Part shown: positions 54,056 to 63,096 of the stretch, in pieces
Layout of the letters: every line of letters begins with the position of its first letter
Numbering within the stretch: the stretch's first letter is position 1
NCBI GenBank assembly: GCA_026707285.1
Contig: JAPOXD010000021.1
Coordinates: 2,559 to 66,558, forward strand
Length of the DNA: 64,000 bases
Direction: 5' to 3'
Source: Chloroflexota bacterium
Lineage (GTDB): Bacteria > Chloroflexota > UBA11872
Program-made: the position numbers and the translations under genes
Notes under the pieces: generated by a model
The model's database searches: none
Seen by the model: the letters and a program-made list of their open reading frames with translations, nothing else
Told to the model about the DNA's origin: nothing

Positions 54056-55072
54056 CTAAGCCTCCCGTCGCAGCGGACCGACCCCGGCCGGCGGCTGCTC
54101 GTCCGCCCGCATGCGCTCGTAAGCCGCGCGGGTAACGTCCTCAGCCTCTTGCATGACGGCAGCAGGGACGTCCGCATCGGCCGCGGCCGCCGCCGCGGCG
54201 ACTTCGTCTGGATTGCGGAACCCAACCAGCGCGGTCGAGACGGTCGGATTCTCGATGACCCAGCGCAGGGCCAGCTGCGGCAGGTCCAGTCCGGCCCGCT
54301 CGGCGAGCGCCCGCACCTGGTCCACGACATCCAAATTCTGCGGCAAGTGGTCGGCGTGAAAGATCGGCAAGCCGAAGGCATAGCCCGTGGCGCGCCAGTC
54401 GTCGTCGTTGAGCTTGGTGTCGAGCGTGAACTGCCCGGCCAGCACGCCGTGCGCCAGCGACCCGTAGGCCATCACCCCGACGCCGTGCTCCTCGCACGAC
54501 GGGAAGATCCGCTCGGCGTGGCGCCGGTCGAGCATGTGGTAGCCGACCTGGTTGGCGACGATCGGCAGGACCGCCGACGCCTCGGCCATCTGCGCGGGCG
54601 TGTAGTTGGAGACGCCGACGAACCGGACCTTGCCCTCGTCGACCAGCTCCTTGGCGACGCCCATGGTGTCGGCGATGGGCGTATCGGGGTCCGGCCAGTG
54701 GTGCAGGAACACGTCGATGTGGTCTATGCCCAGGTGCCGCAGGCTGCTTTCGCAGCCCCGGCGGACCGCCGAGGGGCGCCCGTCGCGGCGGTAGGCGTGC
54801 ACGGACTCATCCCGGTATATGCCGAACTTGGTGACCACGATCACCTCGTCGCGCCGCCCGCGCAGCGCGGCGCCCATCAGCGCCTCGGAGTGCCCCATGC
54901 CGTAGCCGGCGGCGGTGTCGAACAGGTTGATGCCCTGGTCGATCGCCGCGTGAATCGTGGACGTGGCCTCGGCGTCCATGTCCGCGCCGTAGAAGCGCCC
55001 GCCCATGGGCCAGCCGCCAAACCCGACCACGCTGACCCGAAGCTCCGGCGTTCCCATCTCGCGGTACTGCAC
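54056..55072 (-). CDS. aldo/keto reductase (tandem paralog, ~85% identical)
   Basis: near-identical to 53031..54047 at nucleotide and protein level; GTG start at 55072 (the ORF extends artefactually to 55195). Confidence 0.85.
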   Translation of the reverse strand: MQYREMGTPELRVSVVGFGGWPMGGRFYGADMDAEATSTIHAAIDQGINLFDTAAGYGMGHSEALMGAALRGRRDEVIVVTKFGIYRDESVHAYRRDGRPSAVRRGCESSLRHLGIDHIDVFLHHWPDPDTPIADTMGVAKELVDEGKVRFVGVSNYTPAQMAEASAVLPIVANQVGYHMLDRRHAERIFPSCEEHGVGVMAYGSLAHGVLAGQFTLDTKLNDDDWRATGYAFGLPIFHADHLPQNLDVVDQVRALAERAGLDLPQLALRWVIENPTVSTALVGFRNPDEVAAAAAAADADVPAAVMQEAEDVTRAAYERMRADEQPPAGVGPLRREA

Positions 55073-55209
55073 GCCCACACCCTTTCCCCGACCCGTTGCG
55101 TGCGAAGCATGCGCCCGGCACCGGCGCGGGTCAACCGCGACTGATACCATATGCACGGCGCGCCTTGCCCGGCATCCGGCGCCCGCCCCACGCATCCACG
55201 AGGAGTCCT

Positions 55210-55539
55210 ATGTCGTTCGCGGTGATCCGCTCGGGTGGCCAGCAGTTCCGCGTGCAGCCCGGAGACGTGATCGACGTGGAGCTGCGGGACGAGTCGTCCG
55301 GACCGGTGGCGTTCGAGGACGTGCTGCTGATCGATGACGACGACGGCCGGCACGTGGGCACGCCCACGCTGGACGGCGCGACCGTGCGCGGTACGGCGCT
55401 GGGCGAGGTCAAGGGGCGCAAGGTGCGGATCTTCACCTACCACGCCAAGAAACGACACCGGCGGCGCATGGGCCACCGGCAACGCTATACCCGGATTCGC
55501 ATCGACGGCATCGACCGAGAGGCGTCGGCGGGCGACTAG
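55210..55539 (+). CDS. rplU: 50S ribosomal protein L21
   Basis: [24 protein letters not shown]..; aggag RBS at 55201. Confidence 0.9.
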   Translation: MSFAVIRSGGQQFRVQPGDVIDVELRDESSGPVAFEDVLLIDDDDGRHVGTPTLDGATVRGTALGEVKGRKVRIFTYHAKKRHRRRMGHRQRYTRIRIDGIDREASAGD

Positions 55540-55559
55540 ACAGAGAAGCGGGGAACCTC

Positions 55560-55814
55560 ATGGCACATAAGAAAGGCCTCGGCAGCAGCCGCAACGGACG
55601 CGACAGCAACCCCAAGATGCTGGGCGTCAAGCGCTCGGACGGCGAGTTCGTGCGCCCGGGCGAGATCATCGTGCGGCAGCGCGGCACCAAGCTGCTGCCC
55701 GGACCCAACATCGGCGTCGGCCGCGACCACACGCTCTTCGCGCTCATCGAGGGCCACGTCGTCTTCGAGCGCATGCGCGGGCGCACCCGCGTGCGCGTGG
55801 CGGACGCGGCCTAA
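55560..55814 (+). CDS. rpmA: 50S ribosomal protein L27
   Basis: [44 protein letters not shown].. Confidence 0.95.
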   Translation: MAHKKGLGSSRNGRDSNPKMLGVKRSDGEFVRPGEIIVRQRGTKLLPGPNIGVGRDHTLFALIEGHVVFERMRGRTRVRVADAA

Positions 55815-55826
55815 ACTACAGCTTCA

Positions 55827-55902
55827 GGGCCGATAGCTCAGTCGGAAGAGCGCCGCACTCGCATTGCGGAGGTCGTGGGTTCGAGTCCCATTCGGTCCAC
55901 CA
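55827..55902 (+). tRNA. tRNA-Ala (anticodon CGC)
   Basis: GGGCCGATAGCTCAGTCGGAAGAGCGCCGCACTCGCATTGCGGAGGTCGTGGGTTCGAGTCCCATTCGGTCCACCA; G3:U70 identity pair; CCA encoded. Confidence 0.85.
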
Positions 55903-56037
55903 AGTGATGTCGTTTGTAGGCGCCAGAATCCATTCCGACGACCTTACGCGTATGCTTCTAAGGCGTGCACACATTGCGCTCGCTAGGCTGGGCCGCTCGC
56001 GTGTGCTACATTCCCGTACCACAGATACGGTCAGGAA

Positions 56038-56718
56038 ATGTTGCACATGCCAAGCGGACTCGAAGCACCCCGAGAATCCTCGGGGTGCATTGTGTTGACC
56101 GGCGTCGACGCCATCGCCGCGCTGGCGAAGTTGGGGCTCGACCATCCGGATGACGCTGATCGAATTCGGTCCTTCGTCAGGGTTGCAGTGCGCACGGCTC
56201 GGGAAAAGCAAGTTGGCTACGCCTCAAACTATGCGGGCATCGTCGCGCACAACGAAGTCCTCCACGGACTTTGCAGCATCCTACGCGACCGAGGTTGGAA
56301 TGAGCTTGAACGCAAGAATCACCTATTGATTGCCCATCCCGATTCGGGGGTTACTTTCGGCGTATCGTCGGCCGATCAAGACACCGGGATTCGCCAAGGG
56401 GACCCATGTACCCGGTACCCGAAAGGTCAAATGACCAGGCGGGTGGTGATCGCCAACCATCTTCGGTTTGATCAAACCACGCCGACATTTCCCAAGCCGG
56501 CACTGCTTCGGCGTAACACCTATCTGCTGCTGTTTTACGATGACATCGACCGGAAGCAGATTCGCTTAGAGATTTCACGACCGCTTTTCATGGGTTCCAC
56601 CAATCGCCTAGCCGGCTGGGATCGCCGGAACATTCTTCCTCCAATCGACCTGTCGGGTGCGCCTGCGATCAAACAGCCAGGACCCGTCAGCTTCGACGTG
56701 AGAGTGAGACGCAATTAG
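56038..56718 (+). CDS. hypothetical protein (islet cargo, no recognisable family)
   Basis: 226-aa ORF; lower GC than the genome average; lies between two tRNA-Ala copies. Confidence 0.4.
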   Translation: MLHMPSGLEAPRESSGCIVLTGVDAIAALAKLGLDHPDDADRIRSFVRVAVRTAREKQVGYASNYAGIVAHNEVLHGLCSILRDRGWNELERKNHLLIAHPDSGVTFGVSSADQDTGIRQGDPCTRYPKGQMTRRVVIANHLRFDQTTPTFPKPALLRRNTYLLLFYDDIDRKQIRLEISRPLFMGSTNRLAGWDRRNILPPIDLSGAPAIKQPGPVSFDVRVRRN

Positions 56719-56977
56719 CGAATATACAGCTTCGCGGCTTAGCCCGACACGGCTGGAGGTCGCCCGCAAGCGGCGTGGCCTGACTAGCAAGGCCCTCGCA
56801 GAAGCTGTCAGTCTCTCGGCATGGAGTCTAAGGGCCTATCAGCGTGGTGAGCGTACGCCTACTGCCGACACGGTCCGGCGCCTAAGTGAAGCTGTTGATT
56901 TCCCGGAGGCCTTCCTGACGGCTCCTGAGATTGACAAACTCGCACCAAGGTCCATTAGTTTCCGCTCGCTGCATCGC

Positions 56978-57832
56978 ATGTCACAGCGCGTGCGCGACAA
57001 GGCAGTCGCGACCGCGACAATCGCCATTCAGTTGGCCACCTGGGTTGACGGGGAGTTTGTCTTACCGAAGCCCAAGATACCTGACTGGCAGTCTGTACCA
57101 CCGGAGGAAGCTGCGTTGGGGCTTCGCCAGAATTGGGACGTGGGGATGGACCCGTTGCCCAATATGGTCCACTTGTTGGAGTCACGTGGCGTAAGGGTGT
57201 TCTCGTTGGTCGAGGAGTGTCGAGACCTCGATGGCCTGTCGCTTTGGCACGATTCGACACCTTACGTATTTCTCAATACGACTAAACCAGCAGCCAGAAG
57301 TCGATTTTCTGCGGCCCACGAGCTTGGACACCTATTGCTCCATCGGGCCTTCGGTCCTTCCGGTCATCGGACGACCGAGGCGGAAGCTAACCGGTTTGCT
57401 TCCGCATTCCTAATGCCGCGAGACAACATCATTGATAGTGTGCCCAAGGACAGCACGTTGAAAGAACTTGAGCATCACGCACGCACGTGGAACGTTTCGG
57501 TTCAGGCTCTCATCTATCGTATGCACGAAATCGGCATGACGACCCGGTGGCGCTACCGGTCATTGTTTATCGGCTACAACCGACGCCCGTTAGACGACTC
57601 AGGGCCAGGCGAGACGTCCAAGGTTTATCGGCAGGTGTTTGACCTGTTGCGCGCACAGGGTCGAGACCGATCCGATGTGGCCGACGCCATTCACCTGCAC
57701 CTCGAAGATCTTCATGCGCTAGTGTTCGGCCTCGTCCCAACCATCCTTCCAGACGATCCAAGTCCCAGCCAGGTGCCCTATGACTCCATTCCGGAGACGG
57801 TGACCGGTACAGGTCCCCAACTTGTGCCCTAA
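56978..57832 (+). CDS. ImmA/IrrE-family (DUF955) zinc metallopeptidase domain; the open frame continues upstream into an XRE-type HTH domain (from ~56740) that has no canonical start codon
   Basis: HEXXH motif AAHELGHLLLH and typical ImmA/IrrE context; upstream in-frame translation ..LEVARKRRGLTSKALAEAVSLSAWSLRAYQRGERTPTADTVRRLSEAVDFPEAF.. is a classic XRE HTH. Confidence 0.65.
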   Translation: MSQRVRDKAVATATIAIQLATWVDGEFVLPKPKIPDWQSVPPEEAALGLRQNWDVGMDPLPNMVHLLESRGVRVFSLVEECRDLDGLSLWHDSTPYVFLNTTKPAARSRFSAAHELGHLLLHRAFGPSGHRTTEAEANRFASAFLMPRDNIIDSVPKDSTLKELEHHARTWNVSVQALIYRMHEIGMTTRWRYRSLFIGYNRRPLDDSGPGETSKVYRQVFDLLRAQGRDRSDVADAIHLHLEDLHALVFGLVPTILPDDPSPSQVPYDSIPETVTGTGPQLVP

Positions 57833-57906
57833 CCACTCTAGGCTGCTGGTTGAGGACGGTTGAGGCATCTACGGCGCTGTCGGAGATTTGTTCGGAGGGG
57901 CCAGGC

Positions 57907-57978
57907 GGCCGATAGCTCAGTCGGAAGAGCGCCGCACTCGCATTGCGTAGGTCGTGGGTTCGAGTCCCATTCGGTCCA
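57907..57978 (+). pseudogene. second, slightly degenerate copy of tRNA-Ala(CGC): probable att-site duplicate
   Basis: identical to 55831..55902 except G->T in the anticodon stem (C27:U43 mismatch) and an altered 5' end (GGCGGCCGA vs GGGCCGA) that disrupts acceptor pairing. Confidence 0.6.
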
Positions 57979-58130
57979 CCAGCACTTCTTGAACATGCCG
58001 TTGCAACACGCCAACGATTGCCCGATGCCACGGACCTCCCATGGGACGGGCTCCTTTCGTCAGTTCAGTAGGGTATTGGTACGATAGAGCCACATCGTAA
58101 AGGCTCTTAACTTTGCGGAGGCAATAGTCA

Positions 58131-59120
58131 ATGGAAAGCTCCATTTACACACCTGAAAGCTACACGGATCGAATACGACATGTACTCGGCAACTGCCTCA
58201 TCGAGACGAGTGTTTCTCAAAGTGAGAAGCTCATCGGCAAAGTACGTGATCGGTACGATCTCGGGGACCGTTTAGCACTCATCACCACCGACCGTCAGAG
58301 TGCCTTCGACCGGGTGCTGGCCGCTATCCCCTTCAAAGGCCAGGTCCTCAACATGACGAGCGCATGGTGGTTTGAACAGACCCGCCATATCGTGCCAAAT
58401 CACGTTTTATCCGTTCCCGACCCAAACGTCACAATTGCGAAGAAATGCACCGTTTTCCCAATTGAGTTCGTGGTGCGTGGATACATTACCGGAACCACCA
58501 GCACCGCCCTCTGGACGGTCTACCAGAGTGGTCAGCGGAACTATTGTGGAATCGACCTGCCCGAAGGCCTGGTCAAAAACCAGAAGCTTCCGACGAATTA
58601 TCTGACACCGACCACCAAGGCGGAGGATCACGACCGTCCGATCAGCCCGGACGAGATCGTGTCCGAGAACTGGATGACGGCCGATGATTGGGAACAATGC
58701 AGTCGCATCGCCCACGAGCTCTTCGCTTTCGGTCAAGCCAAGGCAGCCGAGCACGGCCTGGTTCTCGTGGATACCAAGTACGAAATGGGCCATGACGAAA
58801 ACGGTGAGATCCTTTTGATTGACGAGATTCATACCCCTGACTCCAGTCGCTACTGGATCGCCGACTCGTATCAGCATCGCATGCGCGAGGGACGGGAACC
58901 CGACAACGTCGACAAGGAATTCCTCCGGCTATGGTTCACGGAGAATTGCAATCCCTACGAGGATGAGGTCCTCCCGCCGGCGCCGGACGACCTTGTCGTC
59001 GAGCTTTCACGACGCTACATCTACCTGTACGAGAAGATCACCGGTCGCTCTTTCGAGTTTCCAGGGACGGACCAGCCCATCGACACGCGATTGGCCAGCA
59101 ACCTTCAAGGAATTGCATGA
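58131..59120 (+). CDS. purC: phosphoribosylaminoimidazole-succinocarboxamide (SAICAR) synthase, long eukaryote/ADE1-type
   Basis: block-by-block match to ADE1-type PurC: IGKVRDRYDL..LALITTDRQSAFDRVL, FPIEFVVRGYITGT, YLTPTTKAEDHDRPISP, LVLVDTKYEMGHDENGEILLIDEIHTPDSSRYW, DKEFLRLWF. Confidence 0.8.
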   Translation: MESSIYTPESYTDRIRHVLGNCLIETSVSQSEKLIGKVRDRYDLGDRLALITTDRQSAFDRVLAAIPFKGQVLNMTSAWWFEQTRHIVPNHVLSVPDPNVTIAKKCTVFPIEFVVRGYITGTTSTALWTVYQSGQRNYCGIDLPEGLVKNQKLPTNYLTPTTKAEDHDRPISPDEIVSENWMTADDWEQCSRIAHELFAFGQAKAAEHGLVLVDTKYEMGHDENGEILLIDEIHTPDSSRYWIADSYQHRMREGREPDNVDKEFLRLWFTENCNPYEDEVLPPAPDDLVVELSRRYIYLYEKITGRSFEFPGTDQPIDTRLASNLQGIA

Positions 59121-59149
59121 AGGTGTTCGGAGTGCAGTAGGGACCAACG

Positions 59150-59794
59150 GTGAAGAAATACATTCTCTTCGACCACGATGGGGTTCTGGTGGAAACCGAA
59201 TACTGGTATTTCAAGGCCGGCGAGCGCGCCCTGGCTGACGTTGGGTTTGCCATGGATCGAGACCAATACCTCCGAGACATGACCCAGGGAAATGCCACCT
59301 GGGCCCAAGCCATCGCGGCAGGTGTTGATGAACAGATCATCGACAGGCAGCGCGAGGTCCGTAACGCCTATTACCAGGAATATCTTCGAACCGAGGACAT
59401 CGAGATCGATGGAGTCTTGGAAACGCTGGACGTTCTCGCAGGTGCGTTCAGGATGGGCATCATTACCACGTCCAAACCAGATGATTTCGCCCTAATACAC
59501 AAGAGGCGAACCATCCTGGACTATATGGAATTCCATTTGGCTCGGGATGACTACGAACGAGCCAAACCACATCCCGAACCCTATCTGCGAGGGCTCGAGC
59601 GCTTCGGCGCCACTGCCGCTGAAGCGGTGGTCATTGAAGACTCGGCGAGAGGGTTGGAGTCGGCCATTGCGGCGGGTATTGACTGCATCGTGGTTGCGAA
59701 CGAGTTCACGGCATCTCACGACTTGTCCAAAGCAACCGCCAAGGTCGATACGTTTAGGGAATTGCCAACTGCTATAAAGGGATTAGCAAGCTAG
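59150..59794 (+). CDS. HAD-superfamily hydrolase (subfamily IA, phosphatase-like)
   Basis: motif I ILFDHDGVLVET; ..IITTSKPDD.. (motif II); ..KPHPEPY.. and ..IEDSARG.. (motifs III/IV). Confidence 0.75.
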   Translation: MKKYILFDHDGVLVETEYWYFKAGERALADVGFAMDRDQYLRDMTQGNATWAQAIAAGVDEQIIDRQREVRNAYYQEYLRTEDIEIDGVLETLDVLAGAFRMGIITTSKPDDFALIHKRRTILDYMEFHLARDDYERAKPHPEPYLRGLERFGATAAEAVVIEDSARGLESAIAAGIDCIVVANEFTASHDLSKATAKVDTFRELPTAIKGLAS

Positions 59795-59858
59795 CCAGGC
59801 GCTATTGCCGCCGCGCCAGACGCCTGCGCGATAGAGGCCGGGCGGCGAGACGGGAGCC

Positions 59859-61232
59859 GTGCACATGAGCACCGGGCGGGTCGTCATTGTTGGCGGGGGA
59901 TTCGCCGGGCTCAGCGCCGCCTACACGCTCATGAAACGGGGCATCACGCCCCTCCTGCTGGAAGCCAACGAGCGCGTGGGCGGACGCGGCCGCGGCGAGC
60001 GGGTGGACGGGTTCTCCCTGGACATGGGCGCCTTCGTCTTCACCTCCACCTACGACACCGCCTTCCGCATGTGCGAAGAGCTGGGCCTGCCGCTCGTGCC
60101 GTCGATGATGAAGTTCGGCCACCACCGCAATGGACGCTGGGTGACCACGACGCCGGACCAATCGCTCTGGAATTTCATCCGGCACCTGCGGACGGCCATC
60201 ACCATGGGCTTTCTCTCGCCCGCGGGCATGCGGGCGGGGTTCAAGGTGATGCGGGAGATCCATCGCCAGGCCGAGTACATGAGCTTCGCCAGCGACAGCC
60301 CTATCGCCGAGATCGACGACGACGAGTCTTTCGGCGACTACATGCAGCGGCTCAACGTGCCCGAGAACTTGCAGCTGACGCTCGAGGCGCCTCTCAAGAT
60401 GATTCTGGGCGATCCGCGGCCCGCGGGACAGGCGCTGATGCGGGCCTACATCGGCGAAACGATGCTGCACGAGGGCCAGGTTTCCATGCCCGAGCGAGGC
60501 ATCGGCTCCCTGAGCGAGACGCTGGCCACATACTGCGCCGACGCGATTCGCGTCTCGACCCCCGTCAGGAAAGTGGTCGTCGCGGACGGGTCGGCGACCG
60601 GCGTGGTCACGGACGGCGAGACGATCGAGGCGGACGCCGTCATCTGCGCCGTCCCCGGCACCAAGGTCGCGGACCTTATCCCCGACCTGCCGGCCGAAAC
60701 GCGCCGCGCGCTCGGCACCGTCAGCTACTCGACCGGTTGCCGGGTGGTGATCGGCCTCGACCGCTCCCCGCTCCCTCCCGGCTGGCACGGCGCGCTCTAC
60801 CCAGAGGACGACGACGCCCCGCTGCTGCTGGACCGGACCGCCTTCCTGCCGTCCTGCGCGCCGCCGGGCAAGGGCATTCTCGACCTGCTCATCGGGCGCG
60901 ACCGCGCCAAGGAGCTCATCCCGCTCGACGACGAGGAGATCAAGCGCGAGATGCTGGGCGCCGCTCGCCGTAACGCGCCGCCCGGCTCAGCGCTTCCCGG
61001 CGACGACGAGGGCCTCTTCTATCGGGTATACCGCTGGGAAGAGGCGCTGTGCATGGGCACGCCCGGCATGCTGGCGGCGGTGGCGAAGATCCCGGAGCAG
61101 CTCGCCGGACGCATCGACAACCTGTTCCTGGCGGGCGATTACATGGCCGTACCGTCGGTCAACGGCGCCCTCTCGAGTGGCCAGAGCGCCGCCATAGAGG
61201 TCGCGGACCTGTTGGCGGCTCACGTCAGTTAG
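59859..61232 (+). CDS. FAD-dependent oxidoreductase (amine oxidase / protoporphyrinogen-oxidase / phytoene-desaturase-like)
   Basis: N-terminal VVIVGGGFAGLSAAYTL..LLEANERVGGRG dinucleotide-binding motif; C-terminal ..NLFLAGDYMAVPSVNGALSSG.. typical of this fold. Confidence 0.7.
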   Translation: MHMSTGRVVIVGGGFAGLSAAYTLMKRGITPLLLEANERVGGRGRGERVDGFSLDMGAFVFTSTYDTAFRMCEELGLPLVPSMMKFGHHRNGRWVTTTPDQSLWNFIRHLRTAITMGFLSPAGMRAGFKVMREIHRQAEYMSFASDSPIAEIDDDESFGDYMQRLNVPENLQLTLEAPLKMILGDPRPAGQALMRAYIGETMLHEGQVSMPERGIGSLSETLATYCADAIRVSTPVRKVVVADGSATGVVTDGETIEADAVICAVPGTKVADLIPDLPAETRRALGTVSYSTGCRVVIGLDRSPLPPGWHGALYPEDDDAPLLLDRTAFLPSCAPPGKGILDLLIGRDRAKELIPLDDEEIKREMLGAARRNAPPGSALPGDDEGLFYRVYRWEEALCMGTPGMLAAVAKIPEQLAGRIDNLFLAGDYMAVPSVNGALSSGQSAAIEVADLLAAHVS

Positions 61233-61245
61233 GCCGGACGTCCGC

Positions 61246-61959
61246 TTAGGGTTGGCTCGCCCCGTCGTCTGTCGATCGTGCGAGCCCCCAGCCCAACAGC
61301 CCCATGTAGACGAGGCCGGCGATGGACATCAGGGCGAACACGGGCGCCAACGCCAGCTCCAAGGCGTTTGAATGCCACGCGGCGATGAACACCACCAGCG
61401 ACGCCACGGCCAGCACCGCCACGATGGGATGCAGGACCGGGGACAGACGAATGGGTTCAGGCCGGGCAGCCAGGCCCAGCGCGAAGATCGCCGTCCCGAC
61501 AGAGCCGACGACGCCGGACGTGAAGTGGAAGCCCCACACCATCCGCTGCATGGCCAGCGCCGAATCGAGCCATTCCTGCGACTTCGCCGCCTCGCTCTCC
61601 AGCGCCGCCAGTCCCATGCCGACGATCATGTAGTCGAGGCCCCGCATCATCATCTGCAAGGTCGCGGCAATGACCATCCCCAGCAGGCCGAGCCGAGCCA
61701 CCGGACCGGCATACCGCCGCAGCGTCAGGAGTCCGTGCAGCATCAGCAGCGCGCCGCAGATGATGACCACCGGCACGGTGTAGGACAGCGTCGCGTTGCG
61801 CGCCATCGCCAGCGTGAGGTCGCTGAGGCTCGTGCTCGGCACCGTGTCCACCGCCCCACGACCCGGCGAGAGCGCATAGCCCACCCCCACCACCACCATC
61901 CCCAGCAGCAACGACCAGCCGCCGAGCTGCTTATCGGTGAAACGTCCGAGGAAACTCAC
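61246..61959 (-). CDS. hypothetical integral membrane protein (6 TM)
   Basis: hydrophobic segments throughout; no motif recognised. Confidence 0.45.
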   Translation of the reverse strand: MSFLGRFTDKQLGGWSLLLGMVVVGVGYALSPGRGAVDTVPSTSLSDLTLAMARNATLSYTVPVVIICGALLMLHGLLTLRRYAGPVARLGLLGMVIAATLQMMMRGLDYMIVGMGLAALESEAAKSQEWLDSALAMQRMVWGFHFTSGVVGSVGTAIFALGLAARPEPIRLSPVLHPIVAVLAVASLVVFIAAWHSNALELALAPVFALMSIAGLVYMGLLGWGLARSTDDGASQP

Positions 61960-62183
61960 GTTATGTATCCACGGAGGCCGGGTGGATATTGCCCGGAGTC
62001 ATTGGAGTTCCTCCACCGGCGATGTTTGCGTGATGAGTCGACATAGCTCGCCCAAGGCTCGGATCAACCTCACCCTAGCTTGCTTTGCGCGCCACGGACT
62101 ACAGGCCCGCAGAGTCCACCAGATATGACCATGGTCATGACCATGGTAGGATAGTGTCCACCTATCCAGTCGAGAAGAGGGCG

Positions 62184-62465
62184 ATGACGACGGAAGCCCC
62201 TAGGAAGCCCGGGCCGCGGACGATCAAGGCGTCGGAGTTCAAGGCCAAGTGCCTGAAGCTCATGGACGAGGTGGCGGAGAGCGGCGAGGAGATCGTCATC
62301 ACCAAGAACGGCCGTCCGGTATCGCGGCTGACGCCCTACCGGGAACGGCCCGCAAGCCTATTCGGCATTGACCGAGGCCGGTACGAGATTCTGGGCGACA
62401 TCATCGAACCGATCGACGTCGAATGGGAGGCCCAGTCCGACCCGGACCGCGTGTTGAATCCGTGA
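62184..62465 (+). CDS. Phd/YefM-type antitoxin (VapB-like)
   Basis: ..IKASEFKAKCLKLMDEVAESGEEIVITKNGRPVSRLTPY..; start at the MTTEAPRK ATG within ORF 62085..62465 (coordinate approximate); stop overlaps the toxin start (GTGA). Confidence 0.7.
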   Translation: MTTEAPRKPGPRTIKASEFKAKCLKLMDEVAESGEEIVITKNGRPVSRLTPYRERPASLFGIDRGRYEILGDIIEPIDVEWEAQSDPDRVLNP

Positions 62466-62860
62466 TCCTGCTCGATACGCACGTCATGCTGTGGCTGCGA
62501 CTGGGCGATGCGCGGCTCGGAGCCGGCGCGCGCTCGGCCATCGACCGGGCCTGGCAGTCGGATGAGGTCTGCGTTTCCGCCGTCTCGTTCTGGGAAGCGG
62601 CCCTGCTCAAGGCGAAGCAGCGGATCCAGTTTCCCGAGGACGTCGGTCTTTGGCGCCGCGAGCAATTGGAGCAAGGAGTCGTCGAGATTCCCATGAACGG
62701 CGTGATTGGAATCCGCGCGGCGACGCTCCCGGAGTTCCACGCCGACCCGGCCGACCGCTTGATCGTGGCAACCGCGCTGGAGGGTCATCGGCTGGTGACC
62801 GCCGACCGGCGGATTCTCGAATGGTCGGGGCAGGTGAGCCGTCTGAACGCTACGCAGTAG
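62462..62860 (+). CDS. vapC: PIN-domain toxin VapC
   Basis: VILLDTHVMLWL...(D)...SAVSFWEAALL...RLIVATALEGHRLVTADRRIL: PIN acidic residues in canonical spacing; GTG start overlapping the antitoxin stop. Confidence 0.75.
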   Translation: MILLDTHVMLWLRLGDARLGAGARSAIDRAWQSDEVCVSAVSFWEAALLKAKQRIQFPEDVGLWRREQLEQGVVEIPMNGVIGIRAATLPEFHADPADRLIVATALEGHRLVTADRRILEWSGQVSRLNATQ

Positions 62861-62992
62861 GCCTCGAGGCGGACCCGGTGGGTGCCCGAGCGGGTTGTCT
62901 CCTTGGGGCGGCCTTTGGGAATTGGCGAATGGGCGGGTTTGAAACCCGCCCCTACATGAGGCGCCCTGCCCGGCATAAGGTTTGACTGGACT

Positions 62993-63024
62993 GGATTCCG
63001 GCCTCCGCCGGAATGACGGACAGG
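62993..63024. repeat. family B palindromic repeat
   Basis: GGATTCCGGCCTCCGCCGGAATGACGGACAGG. Confidence 0.5.
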
Positions 63025-63096
63025 CTTGCAGAGGTCTTGCTAGACGGACGGCCCCGAAATCGCTCCAACGATGGGGACGATTCCAGCCCCCCTCGG

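Noticed and set aside
56740-56977. Possibility that the XRE HTH upstream of the ImmA/IrrE domain is a separate small gene
   Set aside because: It is in the same frame and contiguous with the peptidase ORF, with no stop between them, and has no canonical start of its own. A single fused XRE-ImmA protein (a common architecture) with a non-canonical or eroded start is more parsimonious.
58000-58130. Purine or ZTP riboswitch upstream of purC
   Set aside because: The 130-nt leader lacks the conserved purine-riboswitch junction nucleotides and the ZTP pseudoknot motifs on inspection.
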